A stretch of DNA of 64,000 nt from Vicinamibacteria bacterium (GTDB lineage: Bacteria > Acidobacteriota > Vicinamibacteria > Vicinamibacterales > JAENWD01): positions 70,125-134,124 of the forward strand of contig CAVXNR010000006.1 in NCBI GenBank assembly GCA_963763095.1, given 5' to 3'. The notes under the pieces are model-generated. The model was not told the origin of the DNA, did no database searches, and was given only the letters and a program-made list of their open reading frames with translations. Of this stretch, positions 1-9,215 are shown piece after piece (position 1 is the first letter of the stretch; every line of letters begins with the position of its first letter). The position numbers and the translations under genes were made by a program.

Positions 1-353
1 GGCGCAAATACGTGATCTGGGGATCGATTCTCGGTGTGCTGCCGTTCACCCTTGCACTGCCCTACGCGAACCTGGCCGTTGCAGGCGCGCTGAGCGCGAT
101 CATCGGGCTCATCCTCGCGTCCGCCTTCTCGGCGATCATCGTCTACGCGCAGGAGCTCGTGCCCGGAAAGGTGGGCACTATCGCCGGCCTCTTCTTCGGG
201 CTCGCATTCGGCATCGGCGGCCTGGGCGCGGCCGCTCTCGGCGTGCTGGCCGACGCCACCAGCCTGATGTTCGTCTTCAAGGTGTGCGCCTGGTTGCCCG
301 CGCTGGGACTGCTCACGGCTTTTCTGCCCGATCTGGAGCCGCCGACGGTCTGA
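1..353 (+). CDS. MFS-type transporter, C-terminal fragment (5' end lies upstream of the window)
   Basis: The frame of ORF 12..353 stays open to the window edge. The product is almost entirely hydrophobic helices (..LILASAFSAIIVYAQELVPGKVGTIAGLFFGLAFGIGGLG..), like the last helices of MFS permeases. Stop TGA 351-353. Confidence 0.55.
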   Translation, partial: RKYVIWGSILGVLPFTLALPYANLAVAGALSAIIGLILASAFSAIIVYAQELVPGKVGTIAGLFFGLAFGIGGLGAAALGVLADATSLMFVFKVCAWLPALGLLTAFLPDLEPPTV

Positions 354-402
354 GATCGGTCTTCAACTCGCAACAGGAAGCACGCCGCTCGCATGGGAAG
401 TA

Positions 403-2874
403 TTACTGCTGCGAGAGTGCCGCCACCGGACTGACGCGTGCGGCGCGTCGTGCCGGCGCCAGGCAGGCAACGCCCGCTGTCAGCGCCAGCACGCCAGTGA
501 CGCTGATCATCACAACGGGGTCGAGAGCACCGACACCGTACAACTGCGACGCGATGAACTGGCGCAGCGCCACCGCGCCGAGGCCGCCCACGGCGAGGCC
601 CACCAGGACCAGCCCGACGCCTTCACGAAAGACCAGGCCCAGCACGCCGCGCGTGTCGCAGCCGAGCGCCATCCGGATCCCGATCTCGCGTGTGCGCTGG
701 CTCACCTGGTACGCCAGCACGCCGTAGATGCCGATCGATGCCAGCAGCAGCGCCACGAGACCGAACGCCACGGAGAGCAGCATCGGCGTCCTCCTCGACG
801 TCAACGACCGCTCCACCCGGTCAGGCATGTTGAGCACGTCCGAGAGCTGCACCTCCGGATCCAGTGCGGCCAGTGCGCGCCGGACCGCGCCGGTGACGGC
901 CGCCGGGTCTCCCGTCGTGCGGATCGCAAAGGCGACGCCGCGCTGCGCGTCCTGCGCGTAGGGGTAGTAGTAGGCGCCGATCCGGGCGTCCTCCCCCTCG
1001 ATCAGGCCCTTGAGTTTGACGGTGCCCACGACCCCGACCACCTGCAGCCACAACGAGTCTGGACCGGGTTTCGCGACTTCCTCCGGCCGCTGGGGTCGGT
1101 ACATCCGGCGGCCGATCGGATCGGCGTCGCCCCAGAACCGCTTGGCCAGCCGTTCGTCGACGATGGCGACACGCGGTGTGCCATCCGTGTCGCTCTCGGT
1201 GAAGCCCCGCCCTCGCTTGATCGGCATGCGCATCGCTTCGAAGTAGCCCGGGGTCACACGAAGCACGTTCGGCGATACAACCGACTCGCCGGGTGCCGGC
1301 ACATAGCCCTCGGGAATGATGACGCTGCTGTCGCCGTCGAGACTGAACGGCAGGAACGTGGTGACACCGGCGGCCTCGACGCCCGGCAGCGCACGGATGC
1401 GGTCCAGTGCCCGGCTGGTATAGGCGCGAACCGACGCCATCTCCGGGTAGCGGGTTTCGAGCAGCGTCGCGCGACCGGTCAGCACATGCTCCGCGGTGAA
1501 GCCCGGGTCCACCTTCAGCAACTGCTGAAAGCTTGCGAGCAGCAACCCGGCGCCCACGAGCAGCACGAACGCCAGCGCCACCTGCGCCACCACCAGGCTG
1601 CGCCGCACGGCCCGTGCGCCCCGGCCCGCAGTGCCGGACCGCCCCTCATCGCGAAGCACCGCGCTCAGATTGAGGCGCGCGATCTGCGCGGCGGGTACGG
1701 CGCCCACGATGACGCCAAGCACGGCGGCCATGCCGAGGATCGAGGCCACGACGACAGCATCGATGCGAATCTCGTAGCTCCGCGGGATCTCCGCAAACCC
1801 GGCCGACGAGAGCGCGTCGATGCTCCACGCCCCCAGGGCGAGGCCAATCGCGCCGCCGATAATCGTGAGCAATGTCGTTTCAGTGATCAGCTGCCGCGTG
1901 ACGCGCGCCTGTGCCGCGCCGAGGGCGTGGCGCGTGGCCAGCTCCCGCAGGCGTCCACTCGCGCGCACGAGTGCGAGGTTGGTGATGTTCACGCCCGCGA
2001 TCAGCAGGACGAACAGAACGCCGCCCCAGAGCAGGTGCAGGCTGGACCGCACGCTGCGGACGACATCCGCCTGGAGCGGCAGGAGCCGCGTGTGGTACCC
2101 CGCGTCCCGCAGTGCGGGGGCGAGGGCTCCCGCCCGCTGCATGTTGATGGCATTGAGCGCGTCGACACGCGCCTGCGCCTGCGCGAGCGTCGCACCCGGC
2201 GCGAGACGCGCGATCAGTTCATGGTTCTGGCTGTAGCGGGCATCTTCGGCGCGCTCCTCGGGGCTGAAGGCGAGCGGCGTCCAGATACGGACGTCCGGGT
2301 TGAGGAATCGGAAGTCGGCCGGAAGCACGCCCACCACCGTGTGAGGCCGATCGTTCAGCCGCAACTCGCGTTCGAGAATGCCGGTGACGCCGCCCGGGAG
2401 CCGTGCCGCGAAATCGTGACTCAGTAGAGCGACGTACTGACGGCCGGGCTGCCCGTCGTCGTCTGTGAGCAGGCGGCCGTGGGCCGCACGTGCGCGGAGA
2501 ACGCGAAAGAAGGACGGCGTGACCTCCATCGACGTCACGCCCTCGGCACTCTGTCCCGTGCCGACACGTAGACCACCGAACCGATAGAGAGCAACGGACT
2601 CGAAGACCTGCGTCAACGGGACCCGATCCAGATAGTTGGGGACGGACGTGCCGGCACGTTCGACGCCGGCGCCCGGAAACGCATCGTAGGCCACGATCAG
2701 GCGATCGGCCTCGGCATACGGCAGCGGTCGCAGCAGCACCGATCGCACGACGGTGAAAATCGCCGTATTCGCGCCGATACAGAGCGCCAGCGTCAGGATG
2801 GTGGTCGCGGCGAAGGCGCGATCCTTGTGGAGCAAACGCAAGGCGAAGACGAGATCCTGTCGCAGTCTGTCCAT
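403..2874 (-). CDS. ABC-transporter permease, MacB/FtsX type with duplicated permease module (ADOP-like orphan permease)
   Basis: Single 823-aa ORF. The N-terminus MDRLRQDLVFALRLLHKDRAFAATTILTLALCIGANTAIF is the canonical MacB/ADOP start. There are two FtsX-like 4-helix blocks, each after a large periplasmic domain. No ATPase gene is adjacent. Confidence 0.8.
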   Translation of the reverse strand: MDRLRQDLVFALRLLHKDRAFAATTILTLALCIGANTAIFTVVRSVLLRPLPYAEADRLIVAYDAFPGAGVERAGTSVPNYLDRVPLTQVFESVALYRFGGLRVGTGQSAEGVTSMEVTPSFFRVLRARAAHGRLLTDDDGQPGRQYVALLSHDFAARLPGGVTGILERELRLNDRPHTVVGVLPADFRFLNPDVRIWTPLAFSPEERAEDARYSQNHELIARLAPGATLAQAQARVDALNAINMQRAGALAPALRDAGYHTRLLPLQADVVRSVRSSLHLLWGGVLFVLLIAGVNITNLALVRASGRLRELATRHALGAAQARVTRQLITETTLLTIIGGAIGLALGAWSIDALSSAGFAEIPRSYEIRIDAVVVASILGMAAVLGVIVGAVPAAQIARLNLSAVLRDEGRSGTAGRGARAVRRSLVVAQVALAFVLLVGAGLLLASFQQLLKVDPGFTAEHVLTGRATLLETRYPEMASVRAYTSRALDRIRALPGVEAAGVTTFLPFSLDGDSSVIIPEGYVPAPGESVVSPNVLRVTPGYFEAMRMPIKRGRGFTESDTDGTPRVAIVDERLAKRFWGDADPIGRRMYRPQRPEEVAKPGPDSLWLQVVGVVGTVKLKGLIEGEDARIGAYYYPYAQDAQRGVAFAIRTTGDPAAVTGAVRRALAALDPEVQLSDVLNMPDRVERSLTSRRTPMLLSVAFGLVALLLASIGIYGVLAYQVSQRTREIGIRMALGCDTRGVLGLVFREGVGLVLVGLAVGGLGAVALRQFIASQLYGVGALDPVVMISVTGVLALTAGVACLAPARRAARVSPVAALSQQ

Positions 2875-2893
2875 GGCTCCCCCCGCCCGTGCC

Positions 2894-2979
2894 CCGTTAA
2901 CGGTTGACCGTTGACCGTCGACCGTCAGCCCTCAGCCTTCAGCCTTTGGCCCTTGGCCTTGGCCCTTTAGCCTTTGCTC
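2894..2979 (-). repeat. 12 tandem heptads drifting stepwise GTTGACC>GTCGACC>GTCAGCC>CTCAGCC>TTCAGCC>TTTGGCC>CTTGGCC>TTTAGCC, preceded by the palindrome CCGTTAACGG
   Basis: Read directly: phase-7 units from 2896 to 2979. The fumarate hydratase stop (TAA, 2969-2967 on the minus strand) lies inside the array. In minus-strand (mRNA) sense the units read YRARGGC/AAGGGCC. Confidence 0.85.
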
Positions 2980-4487
2980 AACGCCGCCAGCGCCTCTGCC
3001 GAAGCAGCCTCGATCTCCTTGTGCAGGCTGTTCCCATGCGCGTCCATCGTGACGATTGCGGGAAAGTCCTTCACCCGCAGGTGCCACATGGCTTCGGGCG
3101 TGCCGAACTCGAGCAGCGAGACTCCTTCCACCGCTTCAATCGTGCGGGCGTAGAACTGTGCGGCGCCGCCGACGGCGTTGAGGTAGACCGCCCCCGTCTC
3201 CCTCAGGCCTTCAAGCGTCCTGGCGCCCATTCCGCCCTTGCCGATGACGATACGGACGCCATACCGGCGCAGCACCTCCGCCTGGTACGGTTCCTCGCGG
3301 ATGCTGGTCGTCGGTCCCGCGGCCGTGATCCGCCACCGATCCCCCTCCTTCTGCACGACAGGGCCGCAGTGATACAGCGCGGCCCCGTGCAGATCGACGG
3401 GCGGTTCGTGCTTCATCAGGTGGGCATGCACGGCGTCACGCCCAGTGAACATGGGACCCGAGATCAGCACGACATCCCCCACCTTCAGGGTGCGCACGGT
3501 GGTCTCGTCGATCGGGGTCGTCAGCGCCACTTCGAGACCGGTGCGCACGAAGCCGGCCTGATCGAGCATCGGCACGATCGGGTTCACCGGATCACGGTAC
3601 AGCCAGTGCGCGATCCCGCCGCTTTTACCATCGAGCACCACTCCCAGACGGCGATAGGCCCAGCAATCGTACGCAACCGACACGAAGAAGCTGGCTGGCA
3701 GCCGATTGAGTGCGCCGACCTTGCAGGCGATGAGGGAGACCGCTCCGCCGAAACCCATCGTGCCCACGCCCAGCCGGTTGGCCGTACCCATGATGGTGGC
3801 CTCGAGCTCGGCGAGCCGCGGGTCGCTGTTCAGGTCGTCGATCGTGCGGAACAACTGCTCCTTGGCATGCAGGTACCCGGACGTGCGATCGCCCCCGATG
3901 CACACGCCGACAGCACCGGGGCTGCACCCTTTCCCCTGCGCCTGCCAGACCGCGTGGAGGATGCACTTCCGCACGCCCTCGAGCGTGCGGTCGGCCCGTC
4001 CCAGGTTCGGGAGCTCGGCGGGAAGCGAGTACTGCGCGTTCATGTTCTCGCATCCTCCGCCCTTGAGCAGCAGCTTCACCTCGATGACGTCGTGCTCCCA
4101 CTGGTGGAAGTGAATGATGGGCGTGCCGGGCCCCAGGTTGTCACCCGAGTTCTCGCCCGTGATCGAATCGACTGAGTTCGGACGCAGCAGCCCGCGCCGG
4201 GTCGCCTCGGCTACTGCTTCGCGGATCTGCTGGCGCATCCAGATCTGATTCGCGCCGACCGGCGCCTGCACCTCGAACGTCGGCATGCCGGTGTCCTGGC
4301 AGATAGGCCCCTCGTCGGCGGCCGCCTGATCGATATTCTCCGCGATGATGGTCAGTGCCTGCGCGGACCGCGTTCCGCCCGGCTCGGCCGTCATCGCCAT
4401 TCGCATCGCGGCGCGCACATCGGGCGGCAATTCGGTCGAGGTCGCAGCGATGAGTTCGAGCACGCTGGAGAAGAAGGACGGCAGCAT
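2967..4487 (-). CDS. Class I (Fe-S) fumarate hydratase / tartrate-dehydratase-type hydro-lyase, fused alpha+beta
   Basis: 506-aa product from ATG at 4487 (MLPSFFSSVLELIAATSTELPPDV..). The ORF-track ORF runs upstream to 4955 without support. An N-terminal alpha-type region and a C-terminal beta-type region (..IVIGKGGMGARTLEGLRETGAVYLNAVGGAAQ..) sit in one chain. Confidence 0.8.
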   Translation of the reverse strand: MLPSFFSSVLELIAATSTELPPDVRAAMRMAMTAEPGGTRSAQALTIIAENIDQAAADEGPICQDTGMPTFEVQAPVGANQIWMRQQIREAVAEATRRGLLRPNSVDSITGENSGDNLGPGTPIIHFHQWEHDVIEVKLLLKGGGCENMNAQYSLPAELPNLGRADRTLEGVRKCILHAVWQAQGKGCSPGAVGVCIGGDRTSGYLHAKEQLFRTIDDLNSDPRLAELEATIMGTANRLGVGTMGFGGAVSLIACKVGALNRLPASFFVSVAYDCWAYRRLGVVLDGKSGGIAHWLYRDPVNPIVPMLDQAGFVRTGLEVALTTPIDETTVRTLKVGDVVLISGPMFTGRDAVHAHLMKHEPPVDLHGAALYHCGPVVQKEGDRWRITAAGPTTSIREEPYQAEVLRRYGVRIVIGKGGMGARTLEGLRETGAVYLNAVGGAAQFYARTIEAVEGVSLLEFGTPEAMWHLRVKDFPAIVTMDAHGNSLHKEIEAASAEALAALSKG

Positions 4488-4562
4488 CAGCGCAGTATAA
4501 TTCCTGTGTCGCGTCACTGGCTCCACGTCAGGCACCCGCGTTGGACACGCCCCCCAACTGCC

Positions 4563-5963
4563 ATGCAGCGCACAGAACGGGATCCCCTCGGCGAGCGGCA
4601 AGTGCCCGCGGACGCGTACTACGGCATCCAGACGCTGCGGGCGCTCGAGAACTTTCCGATCAGCGGCTTGAAGGCCGCGCCGGATTTCGTCACGGCAACC
4701 GTCCTGGTCAAGAAGGCCGCCGCGGAAGCAAACGGGGCACTCGGGCGGCTCAAACCGGAGGTCGCTGCCGCGATTGTGCGGGCCGCCGACGAGGTGCTCG
4801 CCGGGGCCCTGCGAGACCAGTTCGTCGTGGATGTCTACCAGGCCGGCGCCGGCACGTCGCACAACATGAATGCCAATGAGGTGCTGGCGAACCGGGCGTC
4901 CGAAATCCTCGGCGGGCGGCGCGGCGAATACACGGCGGTGCACCCGAACGATCACGTCAACATGGGACAGTCGACCAACGACGTGTTTCCCACCACGACG
5001 CGGCTGGCACTGTTGATGGGGACACCACGGCTGGTGGCCGCCGCTCGGACGCTGGCCGAATCACTCGAGCGCAAGGCCGTGGAATTCGTCGACGTGCTCA
5101 AGGTCGGACGCACGCACCTGCAGGACGCGGTGCCGATCACGCTGGGCCAGGAGTTCAGCGGCTGGGCGGCGTGCGTCGCCCGCGGAGCCGATGATGTCGA
5201 GCGTTCGGCCACGCAACTGCTGGAGCTGAACCTGGGCGCCACCGCACTCGGCACGGGCTTGAATGCGGGCGATGACTACACCGGAGCGGCCATCGCCAAC
5301 CTCGCCCGATACACCGGCGCGCCGGTCGTGCCCGCCGTCAACCGCTTCCGCGTGACCCAGAGCATGGGTGACGTCGTCGCATGGTCGGGTGCCGTGCGGC
5401 GTCTGTCGGTGGAGGTTGGAAAGGTAGCGAGCGACCTGCGGCTGCTCAGCATGGGGCCGCGAGCCGGGCTTGCGGAGATCGTGCTGCCGGCCGTGCAGCC
5501 CGGGTCGTCGATCATGCCGGGCAAGGTGAACCCATCGATCCCCGAGATGGTCAACCAGGTCTGCTTCCAGGTGATCGGGTGCGATGCGACGATTACCGCG
5601 GCGGCGGAGGCGGGGCAGCTCGAGCTGAACGTCATGATGCCGGTCATCGCCTGGAATGCGCTGCACGCGTGCACCATCCTGACGCAGGCGCTCGTGGTGC
5701 TCCGGTCCCGCACGGTCGAGGGCATCTCCGCCGACCGTGATCGCTGCCGGGAGCTGCTCGATCGCAGCACCGCGATCGCGACCGCGCTCAGTCCATACAT
5801 CGGGTATGCAGCAACCGCGGAGATGGCAAAGGAGTCGGTGCGGACGGGCCGTCCCATACGCGAGCTGGTACTCGCGCGCGGCCTGCTCGAGCCGGGGCGG
5901 CTCGATGAAATTCTCGCGCCGGAGTCGATGACGCGTCCCGGGATACCGGGTGGGGGACACTGA
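4563..5963 (+). CDS. aspA: Aspartate ammonia-lyase (fumarate-lyase superfamily)
   Basis: GSSIMPGKVNP lyase signature. RDPLGERQVPADAYYGIQTLRALENF and AGQLELNVMMPVI resemble aspartase more than FumC. Start ATG 4563 chosen by family N-terminus. Divergent from the fumarate hydratase gene across a 75-bp spacer. Confidence 0.75.
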   Translation: MQRTERDPLGERQVPADAYYGIQTLRALENFPISGLKAAPDFVTATVLVKKAAAEANGALGRLKPEVAAAIVRAADEVLAGALRDQFVVDVYQAGAGTSHNMNANEVLANRASEILGGRRGEYTAVHPNDHVNMGQSTNDVFPTTTRLALLMGTPRLVAAARTLAESLERKAVEFVDVLKVGRTHLQDAVPITLGQEFSGWAACVARGADDVERSATQLLELNLGATALGTGLNAGDDYTGAAIANLARYTGAPVVPAVNRFRVTQSMGDVVAWSGAVRRLSVEVGKVASDLRLLSMGPRAGLAEIVLPAVQPGSSIMPGKVNPSIPEMVNQVCFQVIGCDATITAAAEAGQLELNVMMPVIAWNALHACTILTQALVVLRSRTVEGISADRDRCRELLDRSTAIATALSPYIGYAATAEMAKESVRTGRPIRELVLARGLLEPGRLDEILAPESMTRPGIPGGGH

Positions 5964-5965
5964 CG

Positions 5966-6832
5966 GTGATCGGGCAGGTCGGCGACGGGCCGCGAGGGGC
6001 GGGCGCAGCATCGGCATTGGGCCCGGTGATCGCGAACACGTGGCGCGGCCCGGAGTGTGGGACGGTCCTGGGATCAGCCTTCGGCGGGACACTCGCCCTT
6101 GCTCGCGGATTGTGCATGGCGCTCGTCTGCACGACCCTGGTCACCACCGCGGTCGCACAGGAACGGCGGCGTCACGGCCCCCTGTTCAAGCCCGAGGCCC
6201 TCGGCGAACTGGAAGGCCCTGACCGCGACGCGTGGCAGATGCCCGACGCGGTGATGGACGCCCTCCGCATCGCGGACGGCTCACACGTGGCGGACATCGG
6301 GGCCGGCGGCGGCTGGTTCACGGTGCGGCTCGCGCGGCGCGTTGGCCCGAATGGGCTGGTGTATGCGGAGGACGTGCAGAGTCAGATGGTCGAAGCGATC
6401 CGCCGACGGGTCGACCGCGAGGGGCTCCGAAACGTGCGCACGGTGCGAGGCATCACAACGGACCCCCGGCTCCCGCCACAGAGCATCGAGGCCGCGCTGA
6501 TCGTGGATGCCTACCACGAGTTCGGCGATCCCGTGGCAATGCTCCGCGGTATCGCCGCCGCTTTGAAGCCCGGCGGGAGCCTGGGCGTGGTGAATTTCAA
6601 CAAGAGCGGCGGAGGCCCCGGGCCGCCGAGCGATGAACGGGTGGACGCAACGCTTGTAATCCAACAGGCGAGCTCTGCGGGCCTGACGCTGCTGCGGAAG
6701 GAGACCTTCCTGCCCTTCCAATACTTTCTGGTGTTCGGGCGGGCTGACGACCCGTCAGCCGGCAGTACCGACTGCCCAGACCCGTTAGGCGCCAGAGACC
6801 CGGCAGCAGCGTGGCCGCGGCGCAGACCTTGA
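5966..6832 (+). CDS. Class I SAM-dependent methyltransferase, probably exported
   Basis: Motif I VADIGAGGGWF, plus LVYAEDV and LKPGGSLGVVNF. A hydrophobic N-terminal stretch ends ..TTAVAQE. Start is uncertain (GTG 5966, GTG 6026 or ATG 6116). The 3' tail overlaps bioY. Confidence 0.65.
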   Translation: MIGQVGDGPRGAGAASALGPVIANTWRGPECGTVLGSAFGGTLALARGLCMALVCTTLVTTAVAQERRRHGPLFKPEALGELEGPDRDAWQMPDAVMDALRIADGSHVADIGAGGGWFTVRLARRVGPNGLVYAEDVQSQMVEAIRRRVDREGLRNVRTVRGITTDPRLPPQSIEAALIVDAYHEFGDPVAMLRGIAAALKPGGSLGVVNFNKSGGGPGPPSDERVDATLVIQQASSAGLTLLRKETFLPFQYFLVFGRADDPSAGSTDCPDPLGARDPAAAWPRRRP

Positions 6833-7391
6833 GGATGTCGGGGAGCACGAACGGGTAGAACCCCGCGTGCAGAGCGGCCTCTAAGCCGCCAGCGAACTGG
6901 GCAAGCCACAGGACTCCGCCGGTGAACACGACAACCAGTCCGGCCAGCATGGTAAGTACCGCGGTCAGATAGCGGCGATCGAACCCGCGGGAAGCCAGCC
7001 ACCCTACGAGGAACGCGGCCACCGGGTACGCCATCAGGTAACCACCCGTGGGACCGAGCAGACGCGCGCCGCCCTGTGGGAGGGTAAGCGACGCGGCAAA
7101 CACAGGCAGACCGGCAATGCCCGCAGCGAGATAGAGGAGCTGGCTGCACGCGCCCAGCCGTGGGCCCAGCAGCGCGGCGCCCAGCAGCACGACCAGCGGC
7201 TGGAAGGTGAACGGCACCGGCGTGAAGGGCAGCGGCACGCTTATCTGGGATGCTGCGGCCGTGAGCACCGCGACGAAGATCACCGCTGCCGACCGGATTC
7301 CAATACCAAGGGCGTGATCGCCCGGCGCACCCGCAGCCGCCGCTAGAAACGTGGCTGGCTCAAGCGGGACGGTGACGGCATTCCGCGGCAT
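6597..7391 (-). CDS. bioY: Biotin transporter BioY (ECF S-component)
   Basis: ..AASQISVPLPFTPVPFTFQPLVVLLGAALLGPRLG.. and GPTGGYLMAYPVAAFLVGW are typical BioY motifs. The last ~70 codons are non-BioY-like and overlap the convergent methyltransferase. Confidence 0.7.
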   Translation of the reverse strand: MPRNAVTVPLEPATFLAAAAGAPGDHALGIGIRSAAVIFVAVLTAAASQISVPLPFTPVPFTFQPLVVLLGAALLGPRLGACSQLLYLAAGIAGLPVFAASLTLPQGGARLLGPTGGYLMAYPVAAFLVGWLASRGFDRRYLTAVLTMLAGLVVVFTGGVLWLAQFAGGLEAALHAGFYPFVLPDILKVCAAATLLPGLWRLTGLGSRYCRLTGRQPARTPESIGRAGRSPSAAASGPQSSPVGLQALRPPVHRSAARGLRRSC

Positions 7392-7474
7392 GAGGCCGGA
7401 TTATATCAAGACCGTTACGTCTCGATGCGTCTGATGCGGTTTCGTTGAGGACTCCCACAATCCTCGCTCCACCG

Positions 7475-7666
7475 CTACTCCAGCGTGCCCCCCAGCGGCA
7501 GCACGCCCGGTTTCGGAACCGTCCACGTTTCGGCGCAGTTGGCACAACGCACATACAGCACGAACGCGGTGCGTGACACCACCTTCGGATCGTGCCCACA
7601 GTGCTGGCATGGGTGGATCACGGCTCGACGGATCCGCTTTTCAGTGAAACGTGTGGGGGTCGCCAT
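7475..7666 (-). CDS. Small hypothetical zinc-ribbon protein (63 aa)
   Basis: The ORF carries CxxC..CxxC (HPCQHCGH ... RCANCAETW). ATG at 7666. There is no convincing SD, so coding status is uncertain. Confidence 0.35.
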   Translation of the reverse strand: MATPTRFTEKRIRRAVIHPCQHCGHDPKVVSRTAFVLYVRCANCAETWTVPKPGVLPLGGTLE

Positions 7667-7869
7667 GAGACACCGGCGAACCAATTATCGGGGTTTGTTC
7701 GCGCCAGCACTCACGCTCCACGGGCATGGCGACAATCCGTGTGCAGCAGCGGCCCTCTGGCGACCTCGGGCGGTGTTTTGACAAAGATCGGGCAATCTGA
7801 GCAGCTGGAAACAAAGAAGGCCTAGAATTGGCCTGTTTGGGGCGGTTTGTAGATGGCCGGATTTCAGGT

Positions 7870-8664
7870 ATGCACCACGTGCTGACAATTGCCGGCAGCG
7901 ATTCCGGCGGCGGTGCCGGCATCCAGGCAGACCTGAAGACTTTTGCGGCCCACGGCGTATACGGCACGTCGGCCATCACGGCGATCACCGCGCAGAACAC
8001 CGAGCGCGTCAGCGACGTCCACGTGCTGCCGGCAGCCACGGTCGCGGCGCAGATCGAGGCCGTAGCCTCCGACATCCGGATCGATGCGGTTAAAACCGGG
8101 ATGCTGGCCAACACCGCCATCGTCGAAGTCGTGGCCGCTGCCCTCACCCGCTGGCGCCTGCCGCATCTCGTGGTGGATCCCGTGATGGTGGCGAAGAGCG
8201 GCGATCACCTGCTCGAGCCAGCGGCGGCGGCGGCGATTCGCGAGGTGCTCATTCCGCTCGCAACCATCGTCACGCCCAATCGGCCAGAGGCGGAAGTGCT
8301 CGCGGGCCGCGCCGTCGCAACTCTCGCGGACGCCCGCGAGGCGGCGCGACGGATCACGGACGCGGGCTGCCGGGCCGTCGTGATCAAAGGGGGGCACTTC
8401 GAAGGCACGCGGCTGGTGAACCTGCTGTTCGACGGCCGGGATTTCACCGAGGTTGTCACGGACCGCATGCAGACGCGGAACACGCACGGCACCGGCTGCA
8501 CCTTCGCCGCAGCGCTGGCCGCGCAGCTCGCGAAGGGACGGCCCCTCACCGAGGCCGTGCAGGATGCGACGGAGTACGTAGCCGGCGCGATCGCGAACGC
8601 GGTATCGGTCGGCCATGGGTACGGCCCGGTGAATCATTTCTGGAGAGGGTGGACGGGGGGGTAA
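7870..8664 (+). CDS. thiD: Hydroxymethylpyrimidine/phosphomethylpyrimidine kinase
   Basis: [44 protein letters not shown] is the canonical ThiD N-terminus. ATG 7870 chosen inside ORF 7828..8664. Confidence 0.85.
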   Translation: MHHVLTIAGSDSGGGAGIQADLKTFAAHGVYGTSAITAITAQNTERVSDVHVLPAATVAAQIEAVASDIRIDAVKTGMLANTAIVEVVAAALTRWRLPHLVVDPVMVAKSGDHLLEPAAAAAIREVLIPLATIVTPNRPEAEVLAGRAVATLADAREAARRITDAGCRAVVIKGGHFEGTRLVNLLFDGRDFTEVVTDRMQTRNTHGTGCTFAAALAAQLAKGRPLTEAVQDATEYVAGAIANAVSVGHGYGPVNHFWRGWTGG

Positions 8665-8729
8665 CGCCGACCGCCTACCGCCGATCGCGGCATCCCGCCC
8701 GCCGCCCGCCGTGACGCTATACTCCCCTG

Positions 8730-9215
8730 ATGCCCGCCGCACGCCTTGCGCTCACGGTGGATCCACTCGATGTGGTGACCGTGACCACCGCCGTAACCGA
8801 GTCCACGCGGGGCGCTACGGGGGCGATCGTGAGCTTCATCGGGCTGGTGCGCGGCGAGAACCTCGGCCGCCGCGTCTGGTTCCTCGAATACGAGGGCTAC
8901 GAGCCGCTCGCCCTGCGCGCGTTCGAGCGGATCGAGCAGGAGATCCACTCGCAGTGGGTGGCGGCAACCCTGGGACTCCACCACCGCCTCGGCCGGCTCG
9001 AGATCGGCGAGGCCAGCATCGCGATCGTCGTGGCGTCGCCACATCGCGCCGAGGGATTCGCTGCGTGCCGCTACGCGATTGAACGGGTGAAGCAGATCGC
9101 TCCCATCTGGAAGCACGAGCACTTCGAGGGTGGCGCGTCGTGGATCGAGGGGGCGACGGCAGACCCGGATGATGAGGGTGCGCGCGCCGAAGCGCTGAGG
9201 CGTGCGTGCGCGTAA
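8730..9215 (+). CDS. moaE: Molybdopterin synthase catalytic subunit
   Basis: 161-aa MoaE-like product (..[56 protein letters not shown]..). Confidence 0.85.
   Translation: MPAARLALTVDPLDVVTVTTAVTESTRGATGAIVSFIGLVRGENLGRRVWFLEYEGYEPLALRAFERIEQEIHSQWVAATLGLHHRLGRLEIGEASIAIVVASPHRAEGFAACRYAIERVKQIAPIWKHEHFEGGASWIEGATADPDDEGARAEALRRACA

Noticed and set aside
2894-2979. Heptad and 28-bp arrays (also at 21548-21610, 22160-22320 and 27951-28032) considered as CRISPR arrays
   Set aside because: The periods are 7 or 28 bp with no unique spacers between units, and there is no leader or cas gene. They are simple tandem repeats.
7685-7869. TPP riboswitch upstream of thiD
   Set aside because: The spacer contains CTGAGC, but it lacks the conserved ACCUGAUCUGGAUAAUGCCAGCG-type core and the pairing partners expected of a THI element.
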